The notes under the pieces: model-generated | Seen by the model: the letters and a program-made list of their open reading frames with translations, nothing else | Told to the model about the DNA's origin: nothing | Databases searched by the model: none | Shown here: in pieces, positions 58,997 to 64,000 of the stretch | Layout: every line of letters begins with the position of its first letter | How positions within the stretch are numbered: the first letter of the stretch is position 1 | Translations under genes and position numbers: made by a program | IMG/VR virus record: IMGVR_UViG_3300027714_000009 | Span: 26,379 to 90,378 of that record | Strand: one strand, 5' to 3' | Source: a virus | DNA: 64,000 nucleotides

Positions 58997-60160
58997 TTAC
59001 TGGAAAGAAAGGTTACCTGCGTTAACACCAATTTTCGATAGGTAGTCAGCTGCGTTACCAAGTGATGAAGCCTGGTTGTTTAGCTCAACATAACCATAAC
59101 GTGTCATGAATGACACTGTTGGTTCGAAAGTTGATGGGTCAAGTACTGTGCCTGAAGACATAAGTGGGATGTATGGGCAATAGAATGCTGCCGCATCAAT
59201 TTCACCGTCGCCTTTATAGCCAACTAGTACTGGTGCATTATCTGCAGCATACTGGTCAACAAAGACACGCATAGTGTTGTTTAGTGTTCCAACAAACTTA
59301 GTGTTAGTAGGTGCTTCAAAAGGACCTTCAGTTGTTCTTGCGAACGCTGATGTAGTCGCTGATTGAAGTACTGTTAACATAGTTGGTGAAATAACAACGT
59401 AGTTACCTGCGCCACGTCTTGTACGTGTAGCAATGATGTTAGCTGAACGGTTAATTAGAACCGCTAATGCCGCGTGTTGGTCACCTACGAAAGTTGCAGT
59501 ACCTGATACTGCGCCTTGGTCATATGTGTCAACAGCTGCGCCAGCTAATGTACGTAGTGAAGTAAGAACTTCTTGGTCGATTTCAGCAGTAATTTCTTGT
59601 GCAAGTGCTTGCATAATTTCTGCTTCAACGTCCAAACCGTGCATTGAATTAGCATCTTGTGCTGCTTCAAAAGTCCAACGTGCTGATAGTTTACGTGTTT
59701 TCGCTTCTACTGTTTGCTTCAATACTTGGATTGATAGCTTACGTCCAGCTTGTGCTTCAAGACTTGAAGTTGAGCTTGGTCCGCCAGTTGATGCGTCACC
59801 TGAGTAACCTTTTGCAATAGCAAATGGTGATAGTGCTTCGTCGCCGGCTGCAACGCCTGCGCCTGCTTCACCATAACGTACTCTTAGTGTATGGATCTGT
59901 CCTACTGGACCAGTCATTGGCTGTACGCCAACTAGTTCGTTTGCAATAACAGTAGGCATAACACGGCGGATTACTGGTAAAATCACTTTGTTAAGTGAAG
60001 CTACGTTGCCTGCCATTGTTGTTCCTGCTGCGGCTGATTCTGAAAGATAGTTCTTAGTGTTTTCTAGAACTGATTCCATTACAACCTTTTTGTTACCGTC
60101 TAAACCGTCTGTTAGGGCGTCTTTTGTTACTGCCCAGTTTTCAAATAGATTCTGTGTCAT
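58997..60160 (-). CDS. gp23: Major capsid protein (gp23-like)
   Basis: GVQPMTGPVGQI, VEAKTRKLSARWT.EAAQD, EITAEIDQE, FYCPYIPL, MTRYG. Confidence 0.97.
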   Translation of the reverse strand: MTQNLFENWAVTKDALTDGLDGNKKVVMESVLENTKNYLSESAAAGTTMAGNVASLNKVILPVIRRVMPTVIANELVGVQPMTGPVGQIHTLRVRYGEAGAGVAAGDEALSPFAIAKGYSGDASTGGPSSTSSLEAQAGRKLSIQVLKQTVEAKTRKLSARWTFEAAQDANSMHGLDVEAEIMQALAQEITAEIDQEVLTSLRTLAGAAVDTYDQGAVSGTATFVGDQHAALAVLINRSANIIATRTRRGAGNYVVISPTMLTVLQSATTSAFARTTEGPFEAPTNTKFVGTLNNTMRVFVDQYAADNAPVLVGYKGDGEIDAAAFYCPYIPLMSSGTVLDPSTFEPTVSFMTRYGYVELNNQASSLGNAADYLSKIGVNAGNLSFQ

Positions 60161-60173
60161 TGGGGAATTCTCC

Positions 60174-61271
60174 TTAGTTGATTCCTGCTAACTTTTTAAG
60201 GTTAATAATTTCGGCTTCACTTTCAGTTGCCTGAATAGTTGCGGCCTTGTTACCTGTAATCTCAGTCTTCTGAGATTCATTTAGTTTCTGTGATTTAACA
60301 GATGTAGTAGATTCACTAAGTACCGTTGGTAGGTATTTGTTGAATTGTACTTTTAATTTACTAGTGCTTACGCTCTCAAGTAAATTTACCATTAATTCGC
60401 GTTTGTCTTTTGATAGTGGTGACATAAGGTCTGACATTACTGTCTCACGCTCACGACTCTCATTAATCTTTGTTACCTTTGATTCAGCAAGAACGATTTT
60501 TGATTCTCTATCTTTAATTTCTTTATGTGATTCATCTAATTGACTCTTCACATTAGAAAGTTCTTTAGAAAGTTTTGAAATGTGTGTTCCCTCTGCTAGG
60601 TGAGAACCCATAAATTCTGCTGCGAAAGTTTCGAACAACTTACGTCCAAACATATTTTCTTTAGCAGTTTTAATATCTTCTTTAATCTCAGTAAGTTCAG
60701 TTGAGATAGTGTTCTCAACAATACTTGCTAATTTTGTAGAAGCTTTGTTTATGAATTCAGCTTTAGCTGATTTAATCATTTCTTTGCCTTCTGCAACAAG
60801 TTTTACCTTTTGTTCAATAAGGTCTTTCTTGTCATTATGGAATTCATTAAGTTCTGAAGTAAGTTGTTCCATCACAAAATCTTCCAGCTGCTCGAAGTTT
60901 CCTTCTTGTAGCTTTCTGTCTTTGCGTAGTTCTGTAATTTCCTTGTTAAGTGTTTCCATAACAAACTTATCAAGCAGATTCGCATGCTCAGCAATTTTAC
61001 GCTTATACTCAACTTGAGATGATACTGCCGCTTTTTTGTCCGCTGCAAATTCTACTAACTCTGATTTGATCGTATCTGATACCATCGCGTCAAGTGCTTC
61101 CACCATCGACGTTTTATCAGTTTCGTATCTGTTAGCGAATTCTTCACGTAATTCGGCAGTGATCTCTTCACGAGCTTCACTTAATTTTACTTCCCATGCC
61201 TCTGAAAGTGTCGAACGCACTTCTTCTGATAGGACTTCTGAACTTAGGAGTTGTTCTATTGCATTAGCCAT
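60174..61271 (-). CDS. gp22: Prohead scaffolding protein (gp22-like)
   Basis: Long acidic coiled coil between the protease and capsid genes. Confidence 0.8.
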   Translation of the reverse strand: MANAIEQLLSSEVLSEEVRSTLSEAWEVKLSEAREEITAELREEFANRYETDKTSMVEALDAMVSDTIKSELVEFAADKKAAVSSQVEYKRKIAEHANLLDKFVMETLNKEITELRKDRKLQEGNFEQLEDFVMEQLTSELNEFHNDKKDLIEQKVKLVAEGKEMIKSAKAEFINKASTKLASIVENTISTELTEIKEDIKTAKENMFGRKLFETFAAEFMGSHLAEGTHISKLSKELSNVKSQLDESHKEIKDRESKIVLAESKVTKINESRERETVMSDLMSPLSKDKRELMVNLLESVSTSKLKVQFNKYLPTVLSESTTSVKSQKLNESQKTEITGNKAATIQATESEAEIINLKKLAGIN

Positions 61272-61904
61272 TTAGTTTCTCCTAATATCTAGTTTTTCAA
61301 TGAACTGTAGTACTTCCTTCTGGAGGTACACCTCAGCTATTTTGTCGTCATTTACTGCGGTTGCAACATCGAGTAAAATGTTCCCACGTTTACCGTTATT
61401 CATTATTTGTTCATATAATGTATTCGGGTAAGCATCTGGAGCACTTGGATTAGCAACTATATCTACTGTTTGTATTTCAAAGTCACTAACATTACCGCCC
61501 TCTGTTACGTTTCCACTACCTCTTGACGAAACGCCAAGTTTTACACCATTCTCTAATAGGGTTTTACAAATATTTCCCATCGGTGTAGGTAACAGTTTTA
61601 AACGACCATAACCGTCTTGACCGTCCATCCACATTTTCTCTATCATATGGGACACACGATCTAAATTTACTTGCAAATCATCTGGATGATCTGCTTCACC
61701 TAATACTGATAAACCCGAATCTAATCTTTCTTGGATGTTCTTGACAGCCTTTGAAATTTCATTTATCGGATATACCCGCTGATTCTGATTACGCTTATCT
61801 CCTTGTACAAAGATACCTTGCATAAACAGGTCTTTACCATCCTGAGAACTCTCAGTAATGATCTTCGCTTGTCCATAAGTTAGGTTCTCTTTAAGAGTCA
61901 ACAT
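61272..61904 (-). CDS. gp21: Prohead protease (gp21-like)
   Basis: NQNQRVYP, GEADHP, VSH, GVSSRGSG, DIVANPSAPDAY. Confidence 0.95.
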   Translation of the reverse strand: MLTLKENLTYGQAKIITESSQDGKDLFMQGIFVQGDKRNQNQRVYPINEISKAVKNIQERLDSGLSVLGEADHPDDLQVNLDRVSHMIEKMWMDGQDGYGRLKLLPTPMGNICKTLLENGVKLGVSSRGSGNVTEGGNVSDFEIQTVDIVANPSAPDAYPNTLYEQIMNNGKRGNILLDVATAVNDDKIAEVYLQKEVLQFIEKLDIRRN

Positions 61905-61906
61905 AA

Positions 61907-62776
61907 TTATTCAGCCTTGCCTTTTTTCTCAGCGCCGTGTCCAGCTGGGTTTGCTTTTAATGCCGCACCATCACCTGGGTGAGTTACGTTCATTGCTTTA
62001 GCATCGCCTGTTAGACCTTTGTTAGAGCCGCCTTCAGATTTTTTAGACATATCAACTGCTTTTCCGCCCATGTCGTTTTTGCCTGCTGTTGGTGATGATT
62101 TACCATCATCGCCTGCTGGCATATCAACTGGATGTATTTTGCCGTCTTTGCCGACTTTAGTTAAATCTGCTGCTTCTTCAAGCTCTTCTGAATCATCTGC
62201 GTCTGCATCTTTATCTTCATAAAATGCTTCTTCCATCTCTGGTTCCATGTCATCCATTTCTGGTTCCATGTCCATAGCTGGCATCTCTTCTGCTGGTGCT
62301 TCATCGTCGCCCATTATTTTGGCAAATTCTGCTTTAAGATCTTCTAGTGCGTCTTCGACGTTAACTAGCTTATCTTCAATTTCTGAATGTTCTTCTTCGT
62401 GCTCTGACTCTTCGCCATCACCGTCGAAATCCATTTCGCCATCTTCATCTGATAATTCCATTTCAGCTTCTGGTTCTGCCATGTCTTCAGCTGGAGCTTC
62501 GTCGCTCTCTGCTTCGCCATACATTTCTTCAGCTTCAATTTCGTCATCATCTTCTTCGATGTCGTCGATAAAGTCGTCAGCTTTTTCTGAGCCGATCGCT
62601 TCATCTAGTTCTTCTTCCGCTACTTCATCTTCTACAACTTCGTCTGCTTCAACTAGGTCGTTCCAAATTTCACGTGCTTTTTCTACAAAAGCTTCATGTA
62701 ATAAATCCGAAGCTTTTGCTTCTTCGCCATTAACAAGGCTTTCAATCACTTTAATATAACGTTCGCGAGTACTCAT
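61907..62776 (-). CDS. Acidic prohead core protein (gp67-like position)
   Basis: Extremely D/E-rich; lies between portal and protease. Confidence 0.65.
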   Translation of the reverse strand: MSTRERYIKVIESLVNGEEAKASDLLHEAFVEKAREIWNDLVEADEVVEDEVAEEELDEAIGSEKADDFIDDIEEDDDEIEAEEMYGEAESDEAPAEDMAEPEAEMELSDEDGEMDFDGDGEESEHEEEHSEIEDKLVNVEDALEDLKAEFAKIMGDDEAPAEEMPAMDMEPEMDDMEPEMEEAFYEDKDADADDSEELEEAADLTKVGKDGKIHPVDMPAGDDGKSSPTAGKNDMGGKAVDMSKKSEGGSNKGLTGDAKAMNVTHPGDGAALKANPAGHGAEKKGKAE

Positions 62777-62929
62777 TTGACATTTCTCCTTTATCGAGGT
62801 TATAACACATGTATTTAAGAGTTCTTACCCTTAACCAATACTTAATACAGAAAAAACCGCGGTTTTGGTTCGCCACGGTAGTTATTGAGCAATATTCGCT
62901 GTATTATAACTTATTATAATGTTATTTAT

Positions 62930-63127
62930 CTATTCTGCGTCTTGACTTGCACCATACTGTAATTGTACGTCTTCTACTTTAGAAGTGTGCTCTGCTCTAG
63001 CTAGTTCACGTCTGTTTCTCATTTTATTGAGATGCTTCAACGTTAACCGTGGTCTGCGGGTGTCGTCAATGTCCCATTTGTTAAAGTTATCTTCTTCGGC
63101 ACTTTGTGCCAGTTCATTAAACCTCAT
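62930..63127 (-). CDS. Small conserved head-module protein
   Basis: MRFNEL...DDTRRPRLTLKHLNKMR; GGAG SD. Confidence 0.6.
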   Translation of the reverse strand: MRFNELAQSAEEDNFNKWDIDDTRRPRLTLKHLNKMRNRRELARAEHTSKVEDVQLQYGASQDAE

Positions 63128-64000
63128 CGCTAGTTGCTCCCATATCATCATTTAACTCAGGTCCTGCTTCTCCACCGCCCAAGTCGTCTGGTGCATTTTC
63201 TGCATCAACGTCAGTTGGTTGGAAACTCTCTACATCGGATCCTCTTATACCCAATGAGCCTAAGTCGCCTGTTGCTGTACTGTTCGGCATATTGCCTACT
63301 TCGTTTTCTTCTTTCCACAGTCTATCGTTCTCAACCATTTCTTCTTCATTAAGACCTAAGTACCTATCAAGTATGAATCTTCTAGATAGATATGGAACAC
63401 CTTCAAGCTGACCAAATAGTGTAGCTCTCTGTGCGTCAATCTCAATCGTTCTGTATTGTGAGAAACTTTGTGGTTCTGTAAATTGTAAATCAAATAAGCT
63501 GGCACTTACTTCAATGCCTCTGTGCTTACAAAACATTTTAAATTCTTTGTCTAGTGTAGGCTGTACTGTAAGTTGTAATCGTTCACAGTACTTTGCAAAT
63601 CTAAATTCTTGTATCATTGCTGTACCTATACGTCCATCGTTAAATGCCGCAATACCGTCTTCACTTCCTGTAGGAAGGTACGATGTTGGTACACGTAGTC
63701 CACGCATAAGTTTGTTGTTAAAGTACTTTAAATCATCAATCTCACCTAGGTTTTCACCACCCGGTAATACTTCAACTTTGGATCCACGTCCTTCAGCTGT
63801 TTGAGCAAAGAAGTAATCTTCCATTATTGATAACGGGTTATAAGCCGCATCAACAACTTTAGTACCACCACCACTCATATTTGGAATACGTGTTTGGTGT
63901 ACTTCGTTTTTAACTCTTTCAACAAAGCCCATTGCTTTGTGTGCTGGCATGTTACCTACGTCAATATAGAACACACGTCTTTCTGGTGCTCTTTGTACAC
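63117..64000 (-). CDS. gp20: Portal protein (gp20-like), 5' part outside the window
   Basis: RAPERRVFYIDVGNMP, EDYFF, RGSKVEVLPGGENLGEIDDLKYF. Confidence 0.96.
   Translation of the reverse strand, partial: VQRAPERRVFYIDVGNMPAHKAMGFVERVKNEVHQTRIPNMSGGGTKVVDAAYNPLSIMEDYFFAQTAEGRGSKVEVLPGGENLGEIDDLKYFNNKLMRGLRVPTSYLPTGSEDGIAAFNDGRIGTAMIQEFRFAKYCERLQLTVQPTLDKEFKMFCKHRGIEVSASLFDLQFTEPQSFSQYRTIEIDAQRATLFGQLEGVPYLSRRFILDRYLGLNEEEMVENDRLWKEENEVGNMPNSTATGDLGSLGIRGSDVESFQPTDVDAENAPDDLGGGEAGPELNDDMGATSDEV

Noticed and set aside
62247-62759. Poly-Ser plus-strand ORF
   Set aside because: Antisense to the Glu/Asp-rich prohead core gene
1-64000. Stop-codon reassignment or a suppressor tRNA
   Set aside because: Core genes are intact in the standard code, TAA/TAG/TGA all terminate genes, and the tRNA anticodon is CCA

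Overview
A ~35% GC, gene-dense segment of a large T4-like (myovirus) phage genome, probably aquatic/marine (inference). Almost all genes are on the minus strand. From left to right it holds: a replication/recombination block (gp41-like helicase, gp61-like primase, a miniature DnaE-like polymerase, UvsW, UvsY, UvsX, gp32); packaging and tail genes (terminase, gp4, tail tube, sheath, neck); tailoring enzymes interleaved with the virion genes (2OG-Fe(II) oxygenases, flavin halogenase, SDR, sulfotransferase-like, SGNH, glycosyltransferases, an SbmA/BacA transporter); long Ala-rich fibres; and the head module (gp23, gp22, gp21, core, partial gp20). The standout is a ~460-bp amino-acid-sensing RNA cassette directly downstream of the major capsid gene (58474-58932), which the ORF track misses. 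First, a glnA-type glutamine riboswitch precedes a 38-aa basic peptide. Second, a near-consensus sigma70 promoter, a 22-aa Trp-containing leader peptide (..FYWCW..) and mutually exclusive 1:2 / 2:3 / 3:4 hairpins form a complete ribosome-mediated attenuator whose output is a tRNA-Trp(CCA) gene starting 2 nt after the terminator. All family assignments come from motif recognition by eye; no searches were run.
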